Source: Candidatus Latescibacterota bacterium
GTDB lineage: Bacteria > Latescibacterota > UBA2968 > UBA8231
Assembly: GCA_965223905.1 (NCBI GenBank)
Contig: CBDCXV010000011.1
Location: 576,001-640,000 of the forward strand
Reading direction: 5' to 3'
DNA: 64,000 nucleotides
Below the pieces are notes generated by a model. That model did no database searches and was not told the origin of the DNA. It saw only the letters and a program-made list of their open reading frames with translations. Of this stretch, positions 53,355 to 62,598 are shown one piece after another. Numbering within the stretch: position 1 is the first letter of the stretch; the number at the start of each line of letters is the position of its first letter. The position numbers and the translations under genes were made by a program.

Positions 53355-53585
53355 GGGCTCCTGATCCTCCTGGTATGGACTGGGTTCGACGGGGGCTCAC
53401 CGAAAGGTAGGGAGAGCCCGTAACAGCTGTGTGTCACTTTGCCCGACGCCGCGGCGATCCCTGGCAGCCCGGTGAAAAAGGCCATCCGGGCTGTGCCCGG
53501 TTCTTGGGGTGCGGACCTCCGGGTTCGTGAAAACGCTCGGAGGAGCGTTCCGAATACGGGGGGTTGTGCTCCATCCCGATCCCCT
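53355..53585 (-). ncRNA. Candidate structured cis-regulatory leader of mgtE (family unassigned)
   Basis: Stems AACGCTC/GAGCGTT, CAGCCCGG/CCGGGCTG and GGGCTC/GAGCCC directly upstream of a GGAGG/AGGAG RBS region; 46-codon uORF. Confidence 0.5.
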
Positions 53586-53733
53586 GCGATTCGACCCGGC
53601 CGCGCGCCTTGTCATGGACCCCAGCACCCGGCCTTGCCTGCAGCGCTAGCTTATCGACCGGGCCTGCTCAGAGGTGCTTGCTGGGAAAAAAGGCGATCCG
53701 TAGACTCACACTACCCAAGAAGGAGCATGGCGG

Positions 53734-54474
53734 ATGCCAGGAAAACTCGAAGGCAGAACAGCACTCGTGACCGGTGGCGGGCGCGGCATCGGCGAAGCGA
53801 TATGCCGGCGCTTCGCCGGAGAAGGCGCCCGCGTGGCGGTCGCCGATATCGATGCGGATACCGCGGAGGCGACCAGCGCCGACCTGCCGATTCCCGGCTT
53901 GCCGATTCGGATGGACGTTTCCTCGACCAGGGAGGTCCGCGAAGGAGTCGATCGCGTCGCCGCGGAGTTCGGCCACCTCGACATCCTCGTCAACAACGCC
54001 GGATACCTGGTACACACCAAGGTTCACGACTGTTCTGAAGAAGAGTGGGACAAGCAGATCGACATCAACCTGAAGGGGATGTTCTTCTGCTCACAGGCGG
54101 CGCTGAACCTGATGATGCCTCGCCGCCGGGGGGTGATCCTCAGCATGAGCTCACTCGCCGCCAAGAACGGAGGGCTGGCGGCCAGCGCTCCCTACGCCGC
54201 GGCCAAGGGGGCGATCTTCACCTTGACCATCACCCTGGCGCGCTACGCGGCGCCCCACGGCATCCGCGTCAACGCCCTGGCACCGGGAGTCATCGACACC
54301 CCGATGACGCGCGGCCTCTCCCCCGACCACGCCGACCTCGCGAGCACCATTCCGCTTGGAGAAAAGGGGCAGCCCGAGGACGTTGCCGCCTGCGCCCTTT
54401 TCCTCGCCTCGGACGACGCCCGCCACATCACCGGTGAAACCGTGGACGTCAACGGCGGGCTCTTCATGGATTGA
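53734..54474 (+). CDS. SDR oxidoreductase (FabG-like)
   Basis: TGGGRGIG, NNAG, YAAAK, APGVIDTPM, VNGG. Confidence 0.93.
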   Translation: MPGKLEGRTALVTGGGRGIGEAICRRFAGEGARVAVADIDADTAEATSADLPIPGLPIRMDVSSTREVREGVDRVAAEFGHLDILVNNAGYLVHTKVHDCSEEEWDKQIDINLKGMFFCSQAALNLMMPRRRGVILSMSSLAAKNGGLAASAPYAAAKGAIFTLTITLARYAAPHGIRVNALAPGVIDTPMTRGLSPDHADLASTIPLGEKGQPEDVAACALFLASDDARHITGETVDVNGGLFMD

Positions 54475-54551
54475 TACTGCAGGGACTGCGGCCGTGGTCC
54501 CTTGATGAACCGAACTGCTACAGGAGAGTGCGGCTTGCGGCGTGCCGCCTT

Positions 54552-55361
54552 TCAGGCGGGGGCCCTGCCTCCGGCGAGCTCCTTCAGCAGAGCGCGGTAC
54601 CCATCCTCGCCACCGCTTTCCCACGCATCGAGCAGGACGGATCCGACGATGGCGATCTCGCCGCGGCCGTGCAGGAGCTCGACGTCCTCCCGCTGGCGCA
54701 GGCCGAACCCGACGGCCAGCGGCAGCCGGGTCGCCGATCGGCAGCGATCGACGAACCGGTACAGGCCCTGTTCCAGCTCGGTCCGTTTCCCCGTCACCCC
54801 CTTGCGCGCCACAGCGTAGACGAAACCGCTGGCAAGCTCGCCGATTGCAGCCAGGCGATGCTCCCTGTTGGTGGGGGTCATCATCAGGATGGGGCTCAGA
54901 CCGTTGTCGCGGCTGAGGTCGAAGAGGTCCCCGTACTCTTCAATGGGAAGGTCGGGGAGGATGAAACCGGCCGCGGCCGCGGCGCGCAGACGCTCGCAGA
55001 AGACCTGGTGGCCGAGCTTGTACGCAGTGTTGTAGTACCCCATCATCAGGTGGGGAATGGAAAAACTCGCCGTCGCCCGGGTCATGAAATCGAAGTACTC
55101 GTCCACCGAGAGCCCGGCCTCGAGGGCGAGCTGGTTGGCGCGCACGAAGGTCGGACCGTCGGCGACCGGCTCGCTGAACGGCATCTGCAGCTCGACGAGG
55201 TCGACCTCCACCTCCTGCATGATCTCGAGCATGCGCCAGTTCGCTTCGAGTGACGGGAAGCCGACGATCAGGTGGGCCATCAACAGGATGGCGCGGTCGT
55301 CGCGAACCAGCTCCGCGCGTACGTGATCTTCTATTGTTTCCTGGCGCAAATGAGTTCCCAT
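54552..55361 (-). CDS. trpA: Tryptophan synthase alpha chain
   Basis: VELQMPFSEPVADGPT (catalytic Glu/Asp), MGYYN, PDLPIEE, GVTG, VGFG, IVGS. Confidence 0.93.
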   Translation of the reverse strand: MGTHLRQETIEDHVRAELVRDDRAILLMAHLIVGFPSLEANWRMLEIMQEVEVDLVELQMPFSEPVADGPTFVRANQLALEAGLSVDEYFDFMTRATASFSIPHLMMGYYNTAYKLGHQVFCERLRAAAAAGFILPDLPIEEYGDLFDLSRDNGLSPILMMTPTNREHRLAAIGELASGFVYAVARKGVTGKRTELEQGLYRFVDRCRSATRLPLAVGFGLRQREDVELLHGRGEIAIVGSVLLDAWESGGEDGYRALLKELAGGRAPA

Positions 55362-55455
55362 GGAGTCGGGCGGAACAGGCAGGACCTGGGGGCATAGTCC
55401 AGGCGGCTTGAAGAAGCCCGGCGAGAGAGTGCAACGCCGCCAGCCGGCGTGATAT

Positions 55456-56727
55456 TCACAGCCGCGACGCCTTGTCCTTGAGGAATCCCTTCCACTTCTC
55501 ATCCTCGAGAGCGTCGCCGATCGTGAAGATGTCCTTGTCGCCGCGGCCGGAGAGATTGATCAGGAGGATCCGGTCGCCCCGCAGCTCGGCCGCCTCGCGC
55601 AGGGCTCCGGCGACGGCATGCATGCTCTCGAGCGCGCCGACGATCCCCTCGCTGCGCATCAGCCTGCGCAATCCGGCGATCACCTCCTCGTCCGTTGCCG
55701 CTTCGAAACGCACGCGTCCCGATCGGTGCAGGTGGGCGAGGATGGGACTTACCCCGATGTAGTCGAGGCCCGCCGCCACCGAGTGCGTGTCGAGCATCTG
55801 CCCCTCGTCGTTCTGCAGGAAGTAGGTCTTGTACCCTTGGGCAACACCGGCCGAGCCTGCCTTCCCGGCAAGGCGCGAGGCGTGGTGGCCGGAATCGAGC
55901 CCAAGCCCGCCCGCCTCGACGCCGACCAGCTCGACCTCGGGATCGTCGACAAAGCCGAGGAACATTCCGGTCGCGTTCGAGCCTCCGCCGACGCAGGCGT
56001 ACACGCGATCGGGCAGACGGCCGCACTTCTCCAGCATCTGCTCGCGCGACTCGCGCCCTATGACGTGCACGAAGCGGGCGACCATCGCCGGAAACGGGTG
56101 CGGGCCGCAGGCCGTGCCGAGCACGTAGTGGGTGTCCTCCATCGAGAAGGCCCAGTCGCGGAAGCACTCGTTGATCGCGTCCTTGAGGGTGGCGGTGCCG
56201 TCCTCGACGGAGATGACCTCGGCCCCGAGCTGCTCCATCCAGAAGACATTGGGACGCTGGCGCTCGACATCCTCCGCCCCCATGTAGACGGTGCACTGCA
56301 GCCCGAAGCGCGCCGCCATGGTTGCGGTGGCGACGCCGTGCTGTCCGGCTCCGGTCTCGGCGATCACCCGCTTCTTGCCCATGCGGCGGACGAGGAGTCC
56401 CTGCCCCATGACGTTGTTGATCTTGTGAGCGCCGGTCTGGTTGAGGTCTTCCCGCTTGAGGTAGAGAGAGGGACCGTCGAGTTCGGCAGAGAGGTTCTCG
56501 AGACGGGTGATCGGGGTGGGCCGGCAGGAGTAGGTGCTCATCACGCGGTGGAAGTCCTCCCAGAAGGAGGGATCCTCCGCGGCCTGGTAGAAGGCATCGG
56601 TGAGCTCGTCGAGAGTGGTGCGCAGAATTTCGGGAACGAAGGCGCCACCGAACTCGCCGTAGTACCCATCCCGGCTGCCGGGGCCGATCAGGGAAGCGAG
56701 GATGCTGCCGGCTGGCGGTGCGGACAC
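55456..56727 (-). CDS. trpB: Tryptophan synthase beta chain
   Basis: LKREDLNQTGAHKINN, ETGAGQHG, CVGGGSNA, AGLDY, LSGRGDKD. Confidence 0.97.
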   Translation of the reverse strand: MSAPPAGSILASLIGPGSRDGYYGEFGGAFVPEILRTTLDELTDAFYQAAEDPSFWEDFHRVMSTYSCRPTPITRLENLSAELDGPSLYLKREDLNQTGAHKINNVMGQGLLVRRMGKKRVIAETGAGQHGVATATMAARFGLQCTVYMGAEDVERQRPNVFWMEQLGAEVISVEDGTATLKDAINECFRDWAFSMEDTHYVLGTACGPHPFPAMVARFVHVIGRESREQMLEKCGRLPDRVYACVGGGSNATGMFLGFVDDPEVELVGVEAGGLGLDSGHHASRLAGKAGSAGVAQGYKTYFLQNDEGQMLDTHSVAAGLDYIGVSPILAHLHRSGRVRFEAATDEEVIAGLRRLMRSEGIVGALESMHAVAGALREAAELRGDRILLINLSGRGDKDIFTIGDALEDEKWKGFLKDKASRL

Positions 56728-56743
56728 TGGCTGGTAGCAGGCC

Positions 56744-58153
56744 TCAGCCGAGGCCAGCCCGCCTCAGGGCGTCTGCGAGCGCATTGCCCGCCACCTGGTT
56801 GTCGACTTCCTCGGCCTGACGCTTGCGGAACTCCTCGAGATTGCTGTCCGCCTCCATTTTCTCCGCCCGCTTCATGGAAAGGCGCAGCCGGCGGCGGCGG
56901 GAATCGATCTCGAGAACGGCGACCTTGACCTTGTCGCCGATGGAGACTACATCGCGTGGGTGGTTGACGCGGCGCTCGGCGAGTTCCGAGACGTGGACCA
57001 TGCCGCGCACGTTGGGCGCGAGTTCGACAAAGGCGCCGTAATCCTCGACGGCGTCAACCGTGCCCTGCACGATTTCACCCTTCTCGAACTGCTTGCGCAC
57101 CTGATCCCGGGGATCCTCCTCCAGCGCTTTGATCGACAGCGAGATACGCTCCTTCTTGGGGTCTCCCAGGTTCTTTGTCCTGATGACGCAGACGGTGATC
57201 TCCGCACCCTCCTCGACGACCTCCCGGGGATGCTCGACGCGCTCGTGCCGCATCTCCGAGACGTGAATCAGGCCCTCGACCCCGGACCCGAGATCGACAA
57301 ACGCCCCGAAGGACTCCAGGCGGGTAACCTTTCCCTTCAGCCGGGCCCCTTTTACGATCTGCTGCCGGACCTCGGCGGCCACCTTGTCGACCTCCGCCTG
57401 CAGCAGGGCGCGGCGCGACAGCACGATGTTGCGTCCGTGGTCGCGGTAGCGCAGGATCCGGAACTGCAGCGTCTGCCCGCGGTACTCCTCGGTGCTCTTT
57501 ACGGGACGTGTGTCGATCTGGGATTTGGGACAGAAGGCGCGCGTCCCCTGAATTTCGACGCCGAGGCCCCATTTGTTCACCGCGGTTACCTTTCCCTCGA
57601 CCGGCATTCCCGACTTGAAGGCTCGGTAGAGCATGTCCGCCTGCCGCTGATCCTTGCTCAGAAATCGGGAGAGGACGATCTCCTCTTCCGTGCTGACGAC
57701 GTAGGCCTCGAGCGGATCCCCGGTGCCGAAGACCATCTCTCCCTCGTCGTTCATCAGCTCGCTCGCCTGGATGACCCCTTCGCTGCGGCCCCCGAAGTCG
57801 ACGAAAGCGTTTTCCCCTTTCACCTGTGACAGCACACCGCTGATTTTCTCGCCAGGGACCAGTTCCTGCGTGCTGCCTATACCGGGAGAGGCATCGAGCA
57901 TGGCGGCAAAATCCGCGGATTCCGGGCCGCCCTCCGCCTCTTCGACAGGGCCGCTCTCGCCGTTCCCCTGGTTCATCCCGGGAGGCGGTATCTCCTCGGG
58001 CGGCATGGACTCTCCCGCAGACCGGTCTGCCGACACGGCACTCTCGACCGTGGCGGTGGCTTCCGGGGGGCTCTCTTCTGGTTCTCCCGCCAGGTGGGTC
58101 GGAGCGGGGGCCTGGTCTTCCCGTGCCGGTTCTTCTGTTGAAGGCTGATTCAT
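56744..58153 (-). CDS. S1-domain RNA-binding protein (ribosomal protein S1-like, 4 S1 domains, acidic N-terminal extension)
   Basis: AFCPKSQID, FGAFVDLG..EGLIHVSE, YGAFVEL..GMVHVSE, RISLSIKAL. Confidence 0.88.
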   Translation of the reverse strand: MNQPSTEEPAREDQAPAPTHLAGEPEESPPEATATVESAVSADRSAGESMPPEEIPPPGMNQGNGESGPVEEAEGGPESADFAAMLDASPGIGSTQELVPGEKISGVLSQVKGENAFVDFGGRSEGVIQASELMNDEGEMVFGTGDPLEAYVVSTEEEIVLSRFLSKDQRQADMLYRAFKSGMPVEGKVTAVNKWGLGVEIQGTRAFCPKSQIDTRPVKSTEEYRGQTLQFRILRYRDHGRNIVLSRRALLQAEVDKVAAEVRQQIVKGARLKGKVTRLESFGAFVDLGSGVEGLIHVSEMRHERVEHPREVVEEGAEITVCVIRTKNLGDPKKERISLSIKALEEDPRDQVRKQFEKGEIVQGTVDAVEDYGAFVELAPNVRGMVHVSELAERRVNHPRDVVSIGDKVKVAVLEIDSRRRRLRLSMKRAEKMEADSNLEEFRKRQAEEVDNQVAGNALADALRRAGLG

Positions 58154-58202
58154 CTGGACGCTTCCTCCCTTGCGGAGTCGGCCGAGGGGACACCGGTGGG
58201 GA

Positions 58203-59171
58203 TCAGGTGAGCAGAAGTACCTTGCCCGTCGTGAGCCTGCCCTGAAGTGCGCGATGGGCGTCCGCGGCCTCGGCGAGCGGATAGCGGGCCCCGATTCGCA
58301 GGGTGAGCTCGCCGCTGTTGATCCAGTTCAGGACATCCCCGGCGCGTTGAAGAAGCTCGTCGCGGGTCAGGGTGTAGTGGGTCATCGTCGGCCGCGTCAC
58401 GAACAGGCTGCCCCCGGCACTCAGGAGCTGCGGATCGAAGGGCTCCACCGGACCGCTCGACTGCCCGAAGAGGACCATGTAGCCGCGGGGGCGCAGCAGC
58501 TCGAGCCCCTTCAGGAAGGTCGTCCTGCCGACCGAATCGTAGATGACGTCCACCCCTTCGCCCCCGGTGAGCTCGCGCACTGCTTCTCCGTACTCCACCT
58601 CGGTGTAGCGGATGACGTCGTCGGCACCGGCCTCGCGGGCGAGCTGCTCCTTCTCCTCCGTCGACACCGTGCCGATGACGCGGGCGCCGGCGCGCTTGGC
58701 CATCTGCACCAGCAGCAGGCCGACGCCCCCCGCAGCGGCGTGCACGACTGCGACCTTCCCCGCGGACAGGGGGTAGCTCCCGTGGGCGAGGTAGTGAGCG
58801 GTCATGCCCTGGAGCAGGGCCGCGGCTCCGGTCTCGACCTCCACCCCGTCCGGGAGCGGCACCAATTGTTCCGCGTCGACGCAGGCGAGCTGGGCGTACG
58901 AGCCCATGACCCCGGCATAGGCGACGCGGTCTCCGGGCGAAACACCCTTCACCCCGGAACCGATTTCCCGCACCACGCCGGCCCCTTCCATCCCGGGGGT
59001 GCAAGGCAGGGCGACGGGATAGAGACCTTCGCGGTGATAAGTGTCGATGTAGTTCAGCCCGGCCGCTTCGATCTCGATCAGGGCCTCCCCCTGCCCGGGA
59101 GCAGGATCGGCCACCTCTTCGTATTGCAGGACCTCCGCACCGCCTGTCTGGTGGAAACGCACCGCTTTCAT
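58203..59171 (-). CDS. qor: NADPH:quinone oxidoreductase (zeta-crystallin/MDR family)
   Basis: GLNYIDTY, PGMEGAG, LLQGMTAHYL, HAAAGGVG, YDSVG, TTGKVLL. Confidence 0.9.
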   Translation of the reverse strand: MKAVRFHQTGGAEVLQYEEVADPAPGQGEALIEIEAAGLNYIDTYHREGLYPVALPCTPGMEGAGVVREIGSGVKGVSPGDRVAYAGVMGSYAQLACVDAEQLVPLPDGVEVETGAAALLQGMTAHYLAHGSYPLSAGKVAVVHAAAGGVGLLLVQMAKRAGARVIGTVSTEEKEQLAREAGADDVIRYTEVEYGEAVRELTGGEGVDVIYDSVGRTTFLKGLELLRPRGYMVLFGQSSGPVEPFDPQLLSAGGSLFVTRPTMTHYTLTRDELLQRAGDVLNWINSGELTLRIGARYPLAEAADAHRALQGRLTTGKVLLLT

Positions 59172-59279
59172 CTCAAACCGCCTTCCAAACGTCCTTGCCA
59201 GCCCGCGACCGACAGATTCCGCGCCCGTTCATTCGTTGCTGCTGCGACCGCAACAGTCAAGTTCCACTAAATCCGAAAC

Positions 59280-60827
59280 TTAAGGTCGAGACTGGTTTTC
59301 GACAATCGAGGATTCGGTGCGCGGTTGCCGCAGGAACAGCACCGGGCTGTAGGCTCCGAGGAGCCTGCGGCGCCACCAGTTTCCGCTTTCTCCCCGTTCC
59401 TTTCGATCGGTGAAGCGGTAGTCGTACAGCAACGCCCGCACGTACCTCGGACGGGCAAAGGGACTGGATTCGATCAGGCCGGTCACCTCCGGGGAGCCCT
59501 GAAGCAACCGCGCCATCATGCGCTCGAACCAGGGGGCGCCCTGGTAGGTGCGGAGGGCGGCGAACCACATCTGCCAGTCGAGCCTGGGCATGTGGGGGGC
59601 AACGAAGGAGGGAGGGCGCCCCTGGTTCCCCGGTTTCCACTTGAATTCGTACGCCTGCCAATCTTCCCCGTCCATGCTGCACTCGACGACGATCTCCGGC
59701 CGCTCGGTAGTCATGACGGCGAACAGCCCGTAGCTGTTGGCGAGACGGAACGGCGCGAGCGATCGCCGCGTCTCCGCGAGAAATGAGGGCCTGGAGACCG
59801 GCAGCCCGACCGTGGCCGCCAGCTGCATGCTGCTGAGGAGCAGCAGAAGCAGGATCAGGGGCGGGACCAGGTACTCCCAAGGGAAGTGCCTCCTGTGAGG
59901 ACCGGGCCTCGGCCCCGGTTGCGGTGCGCCCGTGGGCGGCGATTTCCCCGGTACGAAACGCTTGAAAAAGCCGTCATCGAGCAACGGCACGCAGAGGAGG
60001 AGTACGAGCAGGTTGAAGAACCCGTAGTTGCCGGTCGCGACGATGACGACCTGCAGCAGGGCGAAGGCGGCCGCGGCACCCAGGCGGGCGCGGCACCCGG
60101 CGAAGATCGCGAACGGGGCGACCAGCTCGATGGCGAACGTCGCCAGCACCTCGCCGCTGTGAAACCACTCCGGGAGGTTATGGGCGTACCAACTCGTCCA
60201 GGACGGCAGCGGCTGCGTCTCGTAGTGGAAGTCCAGGGCGCGCAGATCCCTCCAGGCAGCGTCGCCGCTGGCGAGCTTGACGAACCCGGACGAAAACATC
60301 AGCCGGAACTGCAGCCAGCGCAGCAGCCACAACACCGCTCGCGAAGGGGCTGTCCACACCCATTGCGGCCGCCACGCCGCGGGCGACCAGAGGATGGCCA
60401 GGAAGCCGGTTTCGAGGAGCAGAAGGTCCCACTGAAAAGACAGGAATATCTGACCGGCGGTGAACAAGGACAGGTACAGCGCCCAGAGTCCTGCCGCGCA
60501 CACCGCAGGCGCCGCCCCTGCGAGCAGGGTGAGGGCGAGAGCCACCCCGAGTCCGCACTGGACGTCGAGAGCGGCGTCCCCGGAGCCCACCCAGCAGAAT
60601 GTCGGAACCCGCAGCCAGGCCGCATCCCCGAGCACGGCCCCGGCGCGCTCGAGGTACTCCCTCACCGGCAGGATTCCCCGGCTGCCGACAAGCCCTTGTA
60701 TCTGCACCCACAGCGAGCCGAAGGCGATCAGGTACACGACGGCGAGAAAGCGCAGGAACAGGGCCCGCACCAGCGCGCAGTCCCCGGATGGTGGTATCAG
60801 CCGCCGGATCGCACCGCTTCGGATCAT
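59280..60827 (-). CDS. Lipase maturation factor (LMF1) family membrane protein
   Basis: FLSFQWDLLLLETGFL, RLMFSSGFVKL, HYETQPLP, TGNYGFFNLL, NSYGLFAVMT..RPEI, APHMPRLDWQMWFAAL. Confidence 0.92.
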   Translation of the reverse strand: MIRSGAIRRLIPPSGDCALVRALFLRFLAVVYLIAFGSLWVQIQGLVGSRGILPVREYLERAGAVLGDAAWLRVPTFCWVGSGDAALDVQCGLGVALALTLLAGAAPAVCAAGLWALYLSLFTAGQIFLSFQWDLLLLETGFLAILWSPAAWRPQWVWTAPSRAVLWLLRWLQFRLMFSSGFVKLASGDAAWRDLRALDFHYETQPLPSWTSWYAHNLPEWFHSGEVLATFAIELVAPFAIFAGCRARLGAAAAFALLQVVIVATGNYGFFNLLVLLLCVPLLDDGFFKRFVPGKSPPTGAPQPGPRPGPHRRHFPWEYLVPPLILLLLLLSSMQLAATVGLPVSRPSFLAETRRSLAPFRLANSYGLFAVMTTERPEIVVECSMDGEDWQAYEFKWKPGNQGRPPSFVAPHMPRLDWQMWFAALRTYQGAPWFERMMARLLQGSPEVTGLIESSPFARPRYVRALLYDYRFTDRKERGESGNWWRRRLLGAYSPVLFLRQPRTESSIVENQSRP

Positions 60828-61855
60828 CGGTTCAGGCCGGAAACCGAGACCAGGGCGCCGCTGCCCCGGCCCGGGTCCGCGCAGCCGATGAGGAGCTTGA
60901 GGGCGCCGTCGAACCCCGCGGTCCCAGATCCCGGAACGGCCAGGCCGGTAATCCGGGTCCCCCGATCCAGGCGAAGCCGCCAGTGCACCCCTTGCAGCTC
61001 CTGCCCCCGCTGGACGAAAGCGGTCACCCCACCGTCGACGGTGGCGGCGATCAGCAGGTCGCGGCTGCCGTCCCGCACCGCGGACAGACTCAGCAGCCGC
61101 CGCGCCTCGGCATCGGCCGGCCGGGAGAAGGAGAGCTCGGGACCGCGGCCGGCCATGACGTACACATCGAGCCGGCCGCCGATCTCCTCCACACCGGTCT
61201 CGACAACGAGTTCGCCGCGGCCGTCCCCGTCGAGATCGGCGAAACAGAGGTCCCCGACGTGGGCCCGCAACGGCGTGTCGGAGAGCAGCCGCCACGAACC
61301 GTCCGCGGACACCGAGGCGACGCGCAGCAGCGTGCTTGCGCCCCCCTCCCCGGAGGCTTCGCTCCAGGTCTCCGTCCAGGCGATCTCGACCTCGCCGTCG
61401 CCGTCGACGTCCCTGCAGTCGACGCGATTCACCCCCCCGGCAGCCGCTCCTGTGAAAGCGGGTACGCCGGTTTGGGGTACCGGGACGAGGCTGCCATCCC
61501 GAACTGCAATGACCGCCAGCTCACCGCCGCCGGCGACGATCAGCTCCTCTTTCCCGTCGCCGTCGAGGTCGGCGCCGGCAACGTCCCTGACGGCGTCGAA
61601 CATCGAGGCTGCCAGAGGCGCCGAGGAGGCGTCCGGCAGCACCTCGAGGCGGGCGGAATGATGCCGGTTCCGGGGAGAGAAACCCCCCACCCGCCCCCCG
61701 ACAGCGAGCTCGGCATCTCCGTCGCCGTCGATATCCACCAGGGCGATGCGCGGCGCCCCGATCTCCATGTCCGGGCGCATGGTCGTCCAGTCGATGGCGC
61801 TCGCGGGAGCGGAGAAACCTGCGGCGATCGCGGTCAGCAGAAGGAGCGGCCTCAT
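60824..61855 (-). CDS. Secreted FG-GAP/VCBS repeat protein
   Basis: Signal peptide MRPLLLLTAIAAGFSAPASA; four DxDGDG..E repeats. Confidence 0.8.
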   Translation of the reverse strand: MRPLLLLTAIAAGFSAPASAIDWTTMRPDMEIGAPRIALVDIDGDGDAELAVGGRVGGFSPRNRHHSARLEVLPDASSAPLAASMFDAVRDVAGADLDGDGKEELIVAGGGELAVIAVRDGSLVPVPQTGVPAFTGAAAGGVNRVDCRDVDGDGEVEIAWTETWSEASGEGGASTLLRVASVSADGSWRLLSDTPLRAHVGDLCFADLDGDGRGELVVETGVEEIGGRLDVYVMAGRGPELSFSRPADAEARRLLSLSAVRDGSRDLLIAATVDGGVTAFVQRGQELQGVHWRLRLDRGTRITGLAVPGSGTAGFDGALKLLIGCADPGRGSGALVSVSGLNR

Positions 61856-61856
61856 G

Positions 61857-62594
61857 TCATCTCGATTCCGGGGTATTGAGGGGCCAGCCGCGGGTATCGA
61901 TGTGGATCCAGGGGTTTGCACGGCCCTCGATCGTCAGCGACGCCGGCTCGAGGAAGCTGACGTCGAGAAATTTCGCCAGGTTGAAGAGGTCCTGGGCGGC
62001 CTGCTGCGACGGGGCGCGTATGTCGACCGCGTCTCCGTACATGTGGCGGCTGAACAGGGCGCCGCCGATTTCCGCGTTGTACTCCGGACTGCGGAAGGTC
62101 GAGGAAAGCACCAGAGGCCCCCCCCATGCATAGCGCAGCTCCTGGGCGTAGAAGGCGATCTCGGGATCGACGTAGATGCTGAGATCTCCGTTGCGCTCGG
62201 GAATCCGGACGTACTCTACCAGCTTGAAATTTTCACTCACTTGTTGCTGTCGCAGCGCTTGGGAAAGGGTCTCGACATCGATGAAAAACTCGACCGGCCG
62301 GTAGTGGACTCGGCGCTCCCTGCCGAACGGAAAGAGGCCGCCCTCCTCGTCGGGGTAGGACTCGGTCAGTGGACCGTTCCCGGACAGGCCCTCCAGTCTC
62401 AGGCCGCTGGGAAAAATCACGCGGTCGGAGTAGGGAGGATCGGACGGTCCGATCACGGGGCGGCTCCCATCGGTGGCATCGCTTGAGCGCGTCCGCACCT
62501 CCTCGAGCGAGTCGACCAATCTGCCTTTTCCCTGGTCGCACGCCGCGGCGGCGAGGGCTGCAGCGCAGAGTGCGGCCGCGGCCGAGGCGTTCAC
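61857..62594 (-). CDS. Peptidase M15A (D-Ala-D-Ala carboxypeptidase-like) lipoprotein
   Basis: Lipobox-like LAAAAC; SSTFRSPEYN..IGG..SRHMYGDAVDI...WIHID. Confidence 0.88.
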   Translation of the reverse strand: MNASAAAALCAAALAAAACDQGKGRLVDSLEEVRTRSSDATDGSRPVIGPSDPPYSDRVIFPSGLRLEGLSGNGPLTESYPDEEGGLFPFGRERRVHYRPVEFFIDVETLSQALRQQQVSENFKLVEYVRIPERNGDLSIYVDPEIAFYAQELRYAWGGPLVLSSTFRSPEYNAEIGGALFSRHMYGDAVDIRAPSQQAAQDLFNLAKFLDVSFLEPASLTIEGRANPWIHIDTRGWPLNTPESR

Positions 62595-62598
62595 AATG

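Noticed and set aside
53375-53600. GGTTCGACGGGG resembling a tmRNA 5' end or tRNA T-loop; also considered 6S RNA, M-box and yybP-ykoY
   Set aside because: No GGGG acceptor start, no matching CCA 3' end or cloverleaf, and the hallmark sequences of those families are absent by eye.
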